From NCBI GenBank assembly GCA_964501385.1, contig CAZCTI010000001.1, forward strand, positions 9,159-73,158: DNA of 64,000 nt, given 5' to 3'. The notes beneath the pieces were generated by a model that saw only the letters and a program-made list of their open reading frames with translations, made no database searches and was not told the origin of the DNA. Below, piece after piece: positions 11,054 to 22,223 of the stretch. Numbering within the stretch: the first letter of the stretch is position 1; each line of letters starts with the position of its first letter. The translations under genes were made by a program, and so were the position numbers. The DNA comes from an uncultured Clostridia bacterium. Lineage in GTDB: Bacteria; Bacillota; Clostridia; Tissierellales; Sedimentibacteraceae.

Positions 11054-12444
11054 AATTCCTCCATACCGTTGTTAGGTACTTCCATAGGGTAATCTCCATT
11101 TAAACATGCCTTGCAGTAACCTGCCGTTGAGCCTGTTGCTTTAATTAAATTTTCTAAGCTTAAATAGTGAAGGCTGTCAGCACCAATGTGTTCTTTTATT
11201 TCTTCTGTTGTTTTATGAGCACCAATAAGTTTACTTCTATCAGGGGTATTTATACCAAAGAAGCAAGAATGTGTAACCGGTGGAGAAGAAATACGAACGT
11301 GAACTTCCTTTGCTCCTGCTTCTTTTACCATTTTCACTATCTGTTTTGTTGTTGTGCCTCTTACTATGCTGTCATCAACCATTACCACAACTTTATCTTT
11401 GACAATTTCTTTTAATACACTGAGTTTTGTTTTTACCCCTTCTTCCCTTAAGCTTTGCTTTGGCTCAATAAATGTTCTTTTTGCATATCTGTTTTTTATA
11501 AGGCCAAGACCGTAAGGGATGTTTAGCTCCTCAGCATATCCCAAGGCAGCGGGAGTCCCTGAATCCGGTACACAAAAAACCAAGTCTGCTTTTACCGAAG
11601 CTTCCTGAGCTAACAATCTCCCTGAATTATACCTTGTTTCATAAACATTAACACCGTCTAAATTGCTGTCCGGCCTTGCAAAATATACATGTTCAAATAT
11701 ACAAAGCTTTTGCTGTGCATATTTTGTAGATTTTATACTTTCCAAGCCATTTTGATTTATTACAACAGTTTCGCCGGGCTCAATATCTCTTATAAATTCG
11801 CCGCCCATAGCTGTAATACCGCAGCTTTCGGATGCTAACAGATATCCATCCTCTCGTTTTCCAAGACATAGAGGTCTTAGTCCATAGTTGTCCCTGACAC
11901 CTATAAGTTCTTTTTCTGTCATAACTACAAATGCATAAGCACCTTTAACAACCTCCATTGTTGTTTGTATAGATTTAACAATATTACCTTTGTAATGTCT
12001 TGAAATCAGGTTTGCTACAACTTCAGAATCAGTAGATGTCTGGAATATAACACCTTCGTTTTCAAGAATTTCTCTTAAAGAATCTGCATTAACCAAATTT
12101 CCGTTATGTGCTAATGCTATGGAACCTTCCTTATATCTCACAACCAAAGGTTGTGCATTTTGTTTTTCACTTTCCCCGTAAGTGGAATATCTCACATGCC
12201 CTATGGCTATATCACCTGCAAATTTGTCAATAACCTCGGGTCTTAAAACATCTGTAACCAATCCCATATCCTTATGAAATTCAATTCTTTTCCCCGTATG
12301 AATAGCGATACCTGCACTTTCTTGTCCACGATGTTGAAGTGCAAACAATCCATAGTAAATCAACTGACTTGTAATTTCCAGATTGTTGGTATAAACCCCT
12401 ACAACCCCACATTCCTCATGTAATTTATCATCTTCTAAATACAT
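11038..12444 (-). CDS. purF: Amidophosphoribosyltransferase
   Basis: [31 protein letters not shown]. Confidence 0.97.
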   Translation of the reverse strand: MYLEDDKLHEECGVVGVYTNNLEITSQLIYYGLFALQHRGQESAGIAIHTGKRIEFHKDMGLVTDVLRPEVIDKFAGDIAIGHVRYSTYGESEKQNAQPLVVRYKEGSIALAHNGNLVNADSLREILENEGVIFQTSTDSEVVANLISRHYKGNIVKSIQTTMEVVKGAYAFVVMTEKELIGVRDNYGLRPLCLGKREDGYLLASESCGITAMGGEFIRDIEPGETVVINQNGLESIKSTKYAQQKLCIFEHVYFARPDSNLDGVNVYETRYNSGRLLAQEASVKADLVFCVPDSGTPAALGYAEELNIPYGLGLIKNRYAKRTFIEPKQSLREEGVKTKLSVLKEIVKDKVVVMVDDSIVRGTTTKQIVKMVKEAGAKEVHVRISSPPVTHSCFFGINTPDRSKLIGAHKTTEEIKEHIGADSLHYLSLENLIKATGSTAGYCKACLNGDYPMEVPNNGMEELWIKN

Positions 12445-12500
12445 AATGTCTCCAATCTAATTTTTCATTTTGTCATCTCAAATTGAATGTTTTCCGTTTT

Positions 12501-12568
12501 GTCATCCTGAGTGTAACTAAGGATCTCATGTTTAAATGATGAGATTCTTCACTGTCGTTCAGAATGAC
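12501..12568. repeat. Family A palindromic repeat (complete hairpin)
   Basis: gtcatcctgag..ggatctc ... gagattcttc..cagaatgac. Confidence 0.9.
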
Positions 12569-12612
12569 AGTGCTACTCTCTTATAAGTTATTCATAGCAA
12601 TGACAGACGAAT

Positions 12613-13104
12613 TTATTTATTAAGCTTTTCGTTTAATTTCTTATCTTTTTCTATTACCTTTTCAGCCATTTGTTTTTTATATTCTGAAAACTTAACTCTC
12701 AATTCTTCATATTTTACAGATAATATTTGTACAGCTAAAAGAGCTGCATTTTCTGCTCCGTTAATACCAACCGTTGCCACAGGCACTCCGGCGGGCATTT
12801 GAACAATTGATAATAACGAATCCATTCCATCTAATTCTGTAGATTTAATCGGAAGACCAATAACAGGTACAGTAGTGCATCCTGCCAACACTCCCGGCAA
12901 ATGGGCAGCTTTTCCTGCTGCCGCTATAATCAGCTCATACCCTTTTTTATATGCATTTTTAGCAAACTCCATAGCTTCAAAAGGAGTTCTGTGGGCTGAT
13001 ATTACTCTGACATGTGTTTCTACACCAAAATCCTTCAAAATATTGTAACCCTTTTCTACTACAGGAAAATCCGAATCGCTTCCCATAACTATTGCTATTT
13101 TCAT
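12613..13104 (-). CDS. purE: AIR carboxylase/N5-CAIR mutase
   Basis: MGSDSD, SAHRTP, AAHLPG, SIVQMP. Confidence 0.97.
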   Translation of the reverse strand: MKIAIVMGSDSDFPVVEKGYNILKDFGVETHVRVISAHRTPFEAMEFAKNAYKKGYELIIAAAGKAAHLPGVLAGCTTVPVIGLPIKSTELDGMDSLLSIVQMPAGVPVATVGINGAENAALLAVQILSVKYEELRVKFSEYKKQMAEKVIEKDKKLNEKLNK

Positions 13105-13114
13105 AATTCCTCCG

Positions 13115-16100
13115 TTATTTAAAGTATTTTACACCGGATTCAAAGATTAACTGCTCCTTATTACCGGGAATGTTTTTATATATATTCTCGTCAAGTCTTT
13201 CCGAATGTGCCATTTTGCCAAATACTCTGCCGTCAGGACTTGTAATTCCTTCTATTGCTTCTTTGGAACCATTTAGATTGTAAAAACCGTCATAGGTTGG
13301 TTCATTGTTATTATCTACATATTGAGTTGCTATTTGACCGTTCTTTTTCAATTTTTCAATCCATGCATCATTTGCAGCAAAACTTCCTTCACCATGGGAT
13401 ACAGGCAGATAATGGGTATCACCTATATTACATCCGCTTAACCAAGGAGACAAATTGCTTACTACCTTTGTTTTAACAAATGATGATACATGTCTTCCAA
13501 TTTTGTTATATGATAATGTAGGGAAATCTGCTTCCATATCAGTGATTTCTCCAAATGGTACCAAACCTAACTTAACAAGTGCCTGGAATCCGTTGCATAT
13601 ACCTATAATCAAACCGTCCCTGTTCTTTAACAAATCCATAACTGCATCTTTAAGCAGTTCATTTCTAAATACTGCTGCTATAAATTTACCTGAACCTTCC
13701 GGCTCATCACCTGCACTAAAGCCTCCGGGAAATGCAATAATTTGAGATTCTCTTATGCGTTTGTACATTTCATCGATGGAGTATTTCACATCTTGGGAGC
13801 TTAAATTTTTAAATACGAATATTTCAGCTAAAGCTCCTGCTCTTTCAAAGGCTCTTTTTGTGTCATACTCGCAGTTAGTACCGGGAAATGCAGGAATAAA
13901 TACTCTTGGTTTTGCAATTGATAATTTCGACTTAACAGTATTCTTTTTATTAAAACTGTAATTTTCAATTGTTCCTTCTATATCCTTTTTAACCGGGAAT
14001 ATATTGTTTAAGGGCTCCAACCAAATATTTTTTACTTCTTGTAAAGTTATACACATATCTTTAACTGATATTTCTTTTTCAATAGTTGTGCTGCCTAACT
14101 CAATGCAATCATCCAATAATAGATTTTCTGTTTCCAAGATAATATCGCCGTAGATACTATCAAAGTAATCATTTTTAAAAGTATCCTTTGCTTTAAATCC
14201 TATATCATTTCCTAATGCCATTTTGCTTAGAGCTTCGGCAATGCCACCATATCCTACTGTGTGAGCACTCAATACTTTCCCTGATTTAACAGCTTCATAA
14301 ATTGCCGAATATTTAATTTTTATATCCTCAAAGTCAGGAATATTATTTTCATCTTTTTTAATTTTTACCAATATAACTTTGCTATCAGCTTTCTTAAATT
14401 CCGGTGAAATAATATTCTTAACATCCGTTACTGCAACTGCAAAGCTTATAAGTGTAGGTGGAACATTTATATCCTTAAATGTACCCGACATACTATCCTT
14501 GCCTCCAATGGCAGGAATTTTAAGTTCGTGCTGAACCTTAAGTGCTCCTAATAAGGCACTGATAGGTTTCCCCCATCTATCAGGCTCTTTGTTGAGCTTT
14601 TCAAAATACTCCTGAAATGTAAGCCTAATATTTTTATAATTACCACCCATCGCAACAATTTTAGCAACAGAGTGTATTACTGCATACATTGCACCGTGAT
14701 AAGGACTTTCCTTAGAAAGATAAGGGTCAAATCCATATGTCATCAGTGAGCAATTATTTGTAATACCATTTTCAACAGGAATTTTAGCAGCCATTCCTTC
14801 AGCAGGTGTAAGCTGTGTCTTGCCTCCAAAAGGCACCAATACTGTACCCGCACCAACTGTTGAATCAAATTTCTCTATCAATCCTTTTTGGCTTGCAACA
14901 TTTAAATCTCTTAAATTTTCAATCCATAAATCTTTGAAATTATTACTTTCAAAATTCCTTTCATATTTTGTGTTAAATGGTTCTTTAACTAACGCATCCG
15001 TTTTTTGCTTTACACCGTTTGTATCCAAAAAGTCCCTGCTAATGTCAAGTATAGTGTTGCCTCTCCATGTCATTTTAAGTCTTCTGTCATCAGTAACCTC
15101 TGCAATTACCGTTGATTCAAGATTTTCTTCATGAGCATATTCACAAAACTTATCTGCATCTTCTTTTTTTACAACAACAGCCATTCTTTCTTGGGATTCA
15201 GATATTGCTAATTCAGTTCCGTCTAAACCATCATATTTTTTCGGCACTAAATCAAGATTTATGTTTAATCCATCGGCCAATTCTCCTATAGCAACAGAAA
15301 CTCCTCCTGCACCAAAATCATTGCATTTTTTTATTAAATTACTTACATTTTTGTTTCTGAATAACCTTTGAATTTTTCTTTCAGTAGGAGCATTTCCTTT
15401 TTGAACTTCCGAGCCGCATAACAGTATTGATTCTTCAGTATGCTCTTTAGAAGAGCCTGTTGCTCCTCCTAAACCGTCCCTTCCTGTTCTTCCACCTAAA
15501 AGAATTATAACATCACCTTTAACAGGAGTTTCCCTTATTACATTTTCACGAGGTGCTGCAGCGATTACCGCACCTACTTCCATTCTTTTAGCAACATAAT
15601 CAGGATGATAAATTTCCTTAACATATCCGGTTGCAAGTCCTATTTGATTGCCATAGGAGCTGTAACCCGAAGCTGCTTCCGTTGAAATTTTCCTTTGAGG
15701 AAGTTTACCGGGCATTGTATCTTCAATTTTTTGTCTTGGATCTGCACTTCCTGTTATTCGCATTGCTTGATATACATAGGAACGTCCTGATAATGGGTCT
15801 CTTATGGCCCCTCCAAGACATGTGGCAGCTCCTCCAAAAGGCTCAATTTCTGTTGGATGATTATGAGTTTCATTTTTATACATTAAAAGCCATTCTTCAT
15901 TTTTACCATTTTTTTCTACATTAATAATTATGCTGCATGCATTAATTTCTTCGGATATTTCCAGGTCATTTAATAGTCCTTGCTTCCTTAATTCCTTAGC
16001 ACCTATGGTTGCTAAATCCATCAATGTAATGTCCCTTTGTTTATTATCATAAACATATTTTCTGATATTAATATACTGGTCGTAGGTTTTTTTAATTTCT

Positions 16101-16840
16101 TCTGTTATTTTTCCATTTTCAAATTCAATATTTTCTATTACAGTAGAAAATGTTGTATGCCTGCAGTGATCAGACCAATATGTATCGATCACCTTTATTT
16201 CAGTAATTGTAGGATTTCTTTTCTCAATATTTTTAAAATAATCCTGACAAAATAATAAATCCTCAGAGCTCATAGCAAGACCTGTTTCTATTCTATATTC
16301 TTCTAATTCTTCCTTGGATTTGTTTATAAAATTATTTACTGTCGCAACATCATTAGGCATAGGGTACTCTTCATGCAAAGTAGAGGGTTTAGTTAACTCT
16401 GCTTCCCTTGAATCAACAGGATTAATCAAATAATTCTTTATTTTTTCAATGTCTTCTTTTGTTAAATCACCCTCAAGTATAAAAACACGAGCATATTTTA
16501 CTGTAGGCATTTCTTTACCCGTTACAATTTGTATACACTGTGCTGCAAAATCTGCCCTTTGATCATATTGTCCCGGCAAATATTCAATAGCAAACACATG
16601 CCCGGATAAGTCAACCTCTTCAAAATACACAATATCCTGGTTTGGCTCAGAAAACACTGTTGCAACGCTTTTAATAAAATCTTCATCATCAATATTTGAT
16701 ACTGTATATCTGTTTAGTATTCTAAGGTTATTTAGTTTTCCGATGCTTAAATTTTCCTTTAAATTATTTAATAAATTAACTGCCTCGGTATTAAATCCTA
16801 ATCTTTTTTCTGCATATACTCTTTTAACATCAAAGTTCAT
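13115..16840 (-). CDS. purL: Single-chain FGAM synthase (clostridial large PurL)
   Basis: TYWSDHCRH, NETHNHPT, GICNGFQ, GKMAHSER; likely ATG 16840. Confidence 0.96.
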   Translation of the reverse strand: MNFDVKRVYAEKRLGFNTEAVNLLNNLKENLSIGKLNNLRILNRYTVSNIDDEDFIKSVATVFSEPNQDIVYFEEVDLSGHVFAIEYLPGQYDQRADFAAQCIQIVTGKEMPTVKYARVFILEGDLTKEDIEKIKNYLINPVDSREAELTKPSTLHEEYPMPNDVATVNNFINKSKEELEEYRIETGLAMSSEDLLFCQDYFKNIEKRNPTITEIKVIDTYWSDHCRHTTFSTVIENIEFENGKITEEIKKTYDQYINIRKYVYDNKQRDITLMDLATIGAKELRKQGLLNDLEISEEINACSIIINVEKNGKNEEWLLMYKNETHNHPTEIEPFGGAATCLGGAIRDPLSGRSYVYQAMRITGSADPRQKIEDTMPGKLPQRKISTEAASGYSSYGNQIGLATGYVKEIYHPDYVAKRMEVGAVIAAAPRENVIRETPVKGDVIILLGGRTGRDGLGGATGSSKEHTEESILLCGSEVQKGNAPTERKIQRLFRNKNVSNLIKKCNDFGAGGVSVAIGELADGLNINLDLVPKKYDGLDGTELAISESQERMAVVVKKEDADKFCEYAHEENLESTVIAEVTDDRRLKMTWRGNTILDISRDFLDTNGVKQKTDALVKEPFNTKYERNFESNNFKDLWIENLRDLNVASQKGLIEKFDSTVGAGTVLVPFGGKTQLTPAEGMAAKIPVENGITNNCSLMTYGFDPYLSKESPYHGAMYAVIHSVAKIVAMGGNYKNIRLTFQEYFEKLNKEPDRWGKPISALLGALKVQHELKIPAIGGKDSMSGTFKDINVPPTLISFAVAVTDVKNIISPEFKKADSKVILVKIKKDENNIPDFEDIKIKYSAIYEAVKSGKVLSAHTVGYGGIAEALSKMALGNDIGFKAKDTFKNDYFDSIYGDIILETENLLLDDCIELGSTTIEKEISVKDMCITLQEVKNIWLEPLNNIFPVKKDIEGTIENYSFNKKNTVKSKLSIAKPRVFIPAFPGTNCEYDTKRAFERAGALAEIFVFKNLSSQDVKYSIDEMYKRIRESQIIAFPGGFSAGDEPEGSGKFIAAVFRNELLKDAVMDLLKNRDGLIIGICNGFQALVKLGLVPFGEITDMEADFPTLSYNKIGRHVSSFVKTKVVSNLSPWLSGCNIGDTHYLPVSHGEGSFAANDAWIEKLKKNGQIATQYVDNNNEPTYDGFYNLNGSKEAIEGITSPDGRVFGKMAHSERLDENIYKNIPGNKEQLIFESGVKYFK

Positions 16841-16953
16841 AAGAAACCTTCCTTTGTTCTTCTTTTTCAAAAATATAATATCAAATAAAAAAACTATTGT
16901 CAACCATTTATCTATAAATTAAATCATAAATTATATTTTATATTCGCTTTATT

Positions 16954-16989
16954 ACGAACTTGCTTGCATATCTATTTTTTATCATTCGT
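16954..16989. promoter_or_regulatory. PurBox pair (Bacillus-type PurR operator) upstream of the pur operon
   Basis: aCGAAC at 16954-16959 and ATTCGt at 16984-16989, GAAC-N24-ATTC. Confidence 0.65.
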
Positions 16990-17034
16990 ATTATTGTGAA
17001 CCAAGAAAAATATACCAAAGTCACAAAAAAATAT

Positions 17035-17079
17035 GTCATTCTAAGCATAGCGAGATTCTTTCACTACATTCAGAATGAC
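17035..17079. repeat. Family A repeat, internally deleted
   Basis: gtcattct...gagattctt.cactac.ttcagaatgac. Confidence 0.8.
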
Positions 17080-17108
17080 ATTGGCGTTACATTCATATCA
17101 AAAATAAT

Positions 17109-18176
17109 TTATTCTATATACTCTCTTGCTTCTTCCTCTCCTCTTAGTAACCTAAGTGCACCATAGGCTAAAGCTTCCATTTCATTTTCACCGGGCATTA
17201 TTTCCACATGTGATATAAAAGATACTCTGTTTTTTATCCAAGAAGTAAGCATTTCCGAATAAGCTATGCCACCGGTAAGTATTATTACATCCACTTTTCC
17301 TTCTACAACCGTAGCAAGTTCCCCTATTCCTTTTGCAATTTGATATGCCATAGCTTCATAAATTAATTTGGCATATTCATTGCCGTCTGAAATCATCTTT
17401 TGTACTTCTCTTGCATCAATAGTATTTAAATATGCTTTTAATCCACCATTTCCTCTTAGTTTACGCTGCATTGTTTTTTTATCATACTTTCCTGAATAAC
17501 ACAGGTTTATAAGCTCTCTGCATGGTACTCTGCCTGCTCTTTCAGGTGAAAATGGTCCTTCATCATCAGAAACTAAATCAATAATTTGACCATTATGATG
17601 AAGATTAATTGATATTCCACCACCTAAGTGAGCAACTATTATATTTAGATCCTCGTATTTCTTTCCTATGCTCTTCGCATATTTTATTGCCATTGCCCTT
17701 GTATTTAAAACATGGCTTGTGCTGGCTCTGGGTATATCAGGCATACCTGATATTCTTGCAATGTCGGGAAATTCATCTGTCATTACAGAGTCATAAATAT
17801 AGGAAGGTACATCAGCTTCCTTTGCTATATCATAGCCTATTGGTGCTGCTAAATTTGATGCATGCTCCATAACAGGATGATTTTCTACTCTGTCAAGCAT
17901 TATATCATTAATTTTATAAGCTCCTGATTTAACGGGCAGAAGCATTCCGCCTCTTGTAACAACACATGATAACTCTTTAACATCAAAATTCATTTCCTTT
18001 AAATATGACCTTACAAATTCCAATCTCATATTAAGCTGATCCTGAACATCATCAAACTTATTTATTAATTCATCAGGGTGGCTTAAATTTTTAACAAATA
18101 TTTCTTTTTCATCCTCATACAATGCAATTTTAGTTGAGGTTGAGCCTGTGTTTATGACAAATATTTTATAGCTCAT
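17109..18176 (-). CDS. buk: Butyrate/branched-chain carboxylate kinase
   Basis: INTGSTSTK, HASNL, AHLGGGIS, GPFSPERAG, ILTGGIA. Confidence 0.93.
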   Translation of the reverse strand: MSYKIFVINTGSTSTKIALYEDEKEIFVKNLSHPDELINKFDDVQDQLNMRLEFVRSYLKEMNFDVKELSCVVTRGGMLLPVKSGAYKINDIMLDRVENHPVMEHASNLAAPIGYDIAKEADVPSYIYDSVMTDEFPDIARISGMPDIPRASTSHVLNTRAMAIKYAKSIGKKYEDLNIIVAHLGGGISINLHHNGQIIDLVSDDEGPFSPERAGRVPCRELINLCYSGKYDKKTMQRKLRGNGGLKAYLNTIDAREVQKMISDGNEYAKLIYEAMAYQIAKGIGELATVVEGKVDVIILTGGIAYSEMLTSWIKNRVSFISHVEIMPGENEMEALAYGALRLLRGEEEAREYIE

Positions 18177-18190
18177 ACACGCCTTCCTTT

Positions 18191-18775
18191 TTAAACAGCA
18201 TCCATTCCTTCATTGAATGCTTTAATGTTTAATTCTACAAATTGTTCTTTAACTTGGCTTTTTATCACAGCTTCCCAGTCAATATCGGTTAAATTCATAG
18301 ACTTAATGAGAGAACCCAAAAGCACTACGTTCATAACCTTGGTATTGCCCAATTTTTCAGCTATTTCTCCTGCGTTTACAACCTTTGTTTTAGCTTTACC
18401 CTCAATCAATTCAATTATTCCTTCAGGATAATCAATCTTTCCCATCAATATGGGTGCAGATGGTATTATATAATCATTTATTACTACAACACCGTCAGGC
18501 TTTAAAAATTCAAGCCATCTTAAGGTTTCCATTTTTTCAAAGGAAACTAATATATCTGCTTCACCGATTCCGATAATAGGAGAAAAAACTTCACTTCCAT
18601 ATCTTACTTGAGTTGAAACGCTGCCTCCTCTTTGAGCCATACCATGAATTTCTGACATTTTAACGTCATATCCTGCTTCCATAAGACCTGTGGACAATAT
18701 TTTACTCACTAAAATTGTTCCTTGACCGCCAACGCCTACCAATAAAATATTTTTAGTATCTTTCACTTTATTCAC
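18191..18775 (-). CDS. iorB: Indolepyruvate:ferredoxin oxidoreductase beta subunit
   Basis: VGVGGQG, SEIHGMAQRGGSV. Confidence 0.93.
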   Translation of the reverse strand: MNKVKDTKNILLVGVGGQGTILVSKILSTGLMEAGYDVKMSEIHGMAQRGGSVSTQVRYGSEVFSPIIGIGEADILVSFEKMETLRWLEFLKPDGVVVINDYIIPSAPILMGKIDYPEGIIELIEGKAKTKVVNAGEIAEKLGNTKVMNVVLLGSLIKSMNLTDIDWEAVIKSQVKEQFVELNIKAFNEGMDAV

Positions 18776-20540
18776 CTACCTTAATTGCTTTTACAGGACA
18801 AACCTGAAGACATAATTCACAGCCTACGCATTGAACTTTGTTTATGGAGGATTTCTTTATATCCTTAACAAAAACAATTGCCGGACAACCAGTACTTACG
18901 CATTTTTTGCATCCTATACAAATATTTTGGTCAACTTCACAATAACCTTCGATAGGTCCGAATTCTTCCATATCTTCTTTTGTGTACACCTTAAGAGCAC
19001 ATGGATATCTTGAAATTATTACAGATGGTTCATTTAATCCATAAGCCCAATCTAAGGCAGCTTTTGTTTCATCCTGATTTAGCGGATTTACCGTCTTTAC
19101 ATGTTTAATTCCAAGAGCTTTTACTATAGGCTCAATTTCAACAATTTTAGTTTCATCTCCCTGTAGAGTATACCCTGTTCCAGGATTATCCTGATGACCT
19201 GTCATTGCCGTTATTCTGTTGTCTAAAATACATGTTATTGTATTGCCATTGTTAAATACCACATCTAACAAGCTTGTCATGCCTGAATGGAAAAATGTTG
19301 AATCACCTATGGTTGCTACAACTCGTTTTTTGTCATTGTTCTTTTCAAATACTTTTTTTGCACCATGTGCCATACTTACGCTGGCACCCATGCACACCAC
19401 TGTATCCATTGCATTTAATGGAGGTGCTCCTCCCAATGTATAACAGCCTATATCTCCCGTTATCATTGTATCTTTTCTCTTAGAAAGCAAATAGTAAAAT
19501 GCACGGTGAGGACAACCTGCACATAATGTTGGAGGTCTTCCTACTGCTATGGTTCTATCATAGTCTATAATTTCATTTTCAGTTCCGAAAATTGACTTTT
19601 TAACTATATCAGGATTTAATTCCCAAGTGTTCGGTATTAATTCTTTTCCTATACAATTAATACCGGCAGCCTTTATTTGTTCTTCCATAAAAGGTTCTAA
19701 CTCTTCCACAATATAAAGTGTTTCAACTTCATCTGCAAATTTTCTTATTTTTTCCATTGGCAATGGAAATGAAAATCCGATTTTTAAATAAGATGCATTG
19801 TCACCAAAAACTTCTTTTGCATATTGGTAAGCAACACCTGCTGATATGACACCTGTTTTTTTATCATTCCATTCAATATAATTTAAATCAGTTTCATTTG
19901 AAAATTTTTCTAATTCCTTTAATTTCTTTTCAACAACCAAGTGCAGTGCTTTTGCATTAGCAGGTGAAACATTGTACTTAGGCATATTTTTTACGTATGG
20001 TTTTATTGGAACTTCTGTTCTTTCTTTAGTTTCAACCAAAGATTTGCTGTGACAAATTCTTGTTGTCATTCTAATAATAACTAATGTATCAAATTTTTCG
20101 CTTATTTCCATAGCACTTGATACCATGTCCTTGCATTCCTGAGAATTGCTTGGCTCAAGCATGGCTACCTTTGCCATTTTCGCATAGTACCTGTTATCCT
20201 GTTCATTTTGAGATGAGTGAAGTCCCGGGTCATCAGCACTTATTAATACCATTCCTCCGTTAACTCCTGTGTAACCCATAGTAAAAAACGGGTCTGCAGC
20301 TACATTAAGCCCAACATGTTTCATTGCTGTCAATGTTCTTGCCCCTGCATAGCATGCACCTACTGCTGATTCTACGGCTACTTTTTCATTTGGTGCCCAT
20401 TCAGCTATTATTTCCTTATGTGGAGCTATGTTTTCCAGTATTTCTGTACTCGGAGTGCCCGGATATGCAGCAGCATAATGAACACCCGCTTCATAGGCTC
20501 CCTGAGCAATTGCCTCATTGCCTGTCATTAAAAATTTCAT
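18768..20540 (-). CDS. iorA: Indolepyruvate:ferredoxin oxidoreductase alpha subunit
   Basis: GNEAIA, YPGTPSTE, RPPTLCAGCPHR, GDSTFFHSG TPP motif, C-terminal 2x4Fe-4S. Confidence 0.95.
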   Translation of the reverse strand: MKFLMTGNEAIAQGAYEAGVHYAAAYPGTPSTEILENIAPHKEIIAEWAPNEKVAVESAVGACYAGARTLTAMKHVGLNVAADPFFTMGYTGVNGGMVLISADDPGLHSSQNEQDNRYYAKMAKVAMLEPSNSQECKDMVSSAMEISEKFDTLVIIRMTTRICHSKSLVETKERTEVPIKPYVKNMPKYNVSPANAKALHLVVEKKLKELEKFSNETDLNYIEWNDKKTGVISAGVAYQYAKEVFGDNASYLKIGFSFPLPMEKIRKFADEVETLYIVEELEPFMEEQIKAAGINCIGKELIPNTWELNPDIVKKSIFGTENEIIDYDRTIAVGRPPTLCAGCPHRAFYYLLSKRKDTMITGDIGCYTLGGAPPLNAMDTVVCMGASVSMAHGAKKVFEKNNDKKRVVATIGDSTFFHSGMTSLLDVVFNNGNTITCILDNRITAMTGHQDNPGTGYTLQGDETKIVEIEPIVKALGIKHVKTVNPLNQDETKAALDWAYGLNEPSVIISRYPCALKVYTKEDMEEFGPIEGYCEVDQNICIGCKKCVSTGCPAIVFVKDIKKSSINKVQCVGCELCLQVCPVKAIKVGE

Positions 20541-20561
20541 TTTCGTCCTCCCTTTTTAAAT

Positions 20562-22223
20562 TTATTTTGCACTAATAATAGTTAAATTCATAATTTCATT
20601 TTCAAGGCTTAAAATATTGTTATTGATTCTATTAAATTCTTCCTTATTTATTTGACCTTTTAAGTAACCTTCGGTGTTTTTCAATGCATTTTCAAAAGCT
20701 GTTTTTAAACTTTCAACTTCATTTAATAATTCCTGAATATGTTCTTCTTTTGCTTTTTCTTGTTTTTCTATGGAAGTATCCAATACTACTTCATTAATAG
20801 TGTTTTTCTTTTTAATATCATAAATAACATTGTATTCAGGAACTATGCTGTCTATGTTAAACTTATTTTTAACTTCTTTTGCAAAAGATTCTTTTGATTC
20901 TGATTCTCCATGAACTATAAAAATTTTGTCGGGTTTTTCTTTAAAACTTTCTATCCAGTTAAGAAGAGCTATTTTATCAGCATGTCCCGAAAACCCTTCA
21001 ACATTGTATATTTCTGCATTAACCTTTATATCATCGCCAAATAGTTTAACAACCTTTTCTCCGTCTAACAATCTTCTTCCTAATGTGCCTTCTGCCTGAT
21101 AACCCACAAATACAATACTTGCTTCCTTTCTCCACAAATTATGTTTTAAATGATGCCTTATTCTTCCTGCTTCACACATTCCGCTGGCAGAAATTATAAT
21201 TTTAGGCTCAGTGGAAAAATTTAATCGTTTTGAATCATCTGCACTTTGTATAAAATGAAGGTTTTCAAAATCCAAAGGATTGTCTCCATTCATTATATAA
21301 TTTTTTGCTTCATCATCAAATGCATGAGAATTTCTTTTAAATACTTCTGTTGCCTTTATGGCAAGAGGACTGTCTATATATACTGGTATCTTTTTTAGTT
21401 CGTTTTCCTTAGTTCCAATTTCGTCCAAATGACTGTCATAGTATTTATTCAGCTCGTAAATAAGCTCCTGTGTCCTTCCTACCGCAAAGGAAGGAATTAT
21501 TACACTGCCTCCTCTCTTAGTTGTTTTTAAAATTATATTAATAAGCTCTTCTGTTCTTTGCTCAATATTTTCATGAATTCTGTCTCCGTAGGTTGCTTCC
21601 ATTATTAAATAATCCGCCTTGTCTATCACAGCAGGATCTTTCAATAATGGTTTTTCTTGCATTCCTAAGTCTCCGGAATACACTAATTTTATGGTATCCT
21701 CTATATCCTTTATCCATATTTCTATAATAGATGAACCTAAAATATGGCCTGCATCATTAAATTTAACTGTAATATTTTCATCAATATTTATTATTTGATC
21801 ATATAAAACAGGTTTGAAATACTGCAAGCTCTCCATTGCATCTTGTTGGGTATATAAAGGTTCCACTAATTTTTTCCCTGAACGTTTAGCTTTAGTATTT
21901 TTCCACTCTGCTTCTGTTTCCTGTATATGGGCAGAGTCTATGAGCATTATCTCGCAAAGGTCATAGGTAGGCTTGGAACAATATATTTCTCCTTTAAATC
22001 CTTTCTTAACTAACAAAGGAATTCTTCCGCTGTGGTCGATATGACTGTGGCTCAAAAGCAGGTAATCGATTTCAGATGGGTTGATTTCAAGTTCCTCTGT
22101 GTTTAATTCTTCATCTTTGCCTTGGAACATACCGCAATCAAGCATAATATTTTTGCCACATGCCTGAATTAAATGGCTTGAACCTGTAACTCCTTTTACT
22201 GCACCTAAAAATCTGATTTTCAT
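20562..22223 (-). CDS. MBL/beta-CASP ribonuclease (RNA-specificity domain)
   Basis: SHSHIDHSG, AGHILGS, PSFAVGRTQE, FSGHAD, VHGE. Confidence 0.92.
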   Translation of the reverse strand: MKIRFLGAVKGVTGSSHLIQACGKNIMLDCGMFQGKDEELNTEELEINPSEIDYLLLSHSHIDHSGRIPLLVKKGFKGEIYCSKPTYDLCEIMLIDSAHIQETEAEWKNTKAKRSGKKLVEPLYTQQDAMESLQYFKPVLYDQIINIDENITVKFNDAGHILGSSIIEIWIKDIEDTIKLVYSGDLGMQEKPLLKDPAVIDKADYLIMEATYGDRIHENIEQRTEELINIILKTTKRGGSVIIPSFAVGRTQELIYELNKYYDSHLDEIGTKENELKKIPVYIDSPLAIKATEVFKRNSHAFDDEAKNYIMNGDNPLDFENLHFIQSADDSKRLNFSTEPKIIISASGMCEAGRIRHHLKHNLWRKEASIVFVGYQAEGTLGRRLLDGEKVVKLFGDDIKVNAEIYNVEGFSGHADKIALLNWIESFKEKPDKIFIVHGESESKESFAKEVKNKFNIDSIVPEYNVIYDIKKKNTINEVVLDTSIEKQEKAKEEHIQELLNEVESLKTAFENALKNTEGYLKGQINKEEFNRINNNILSLENEIMNLTIISAK

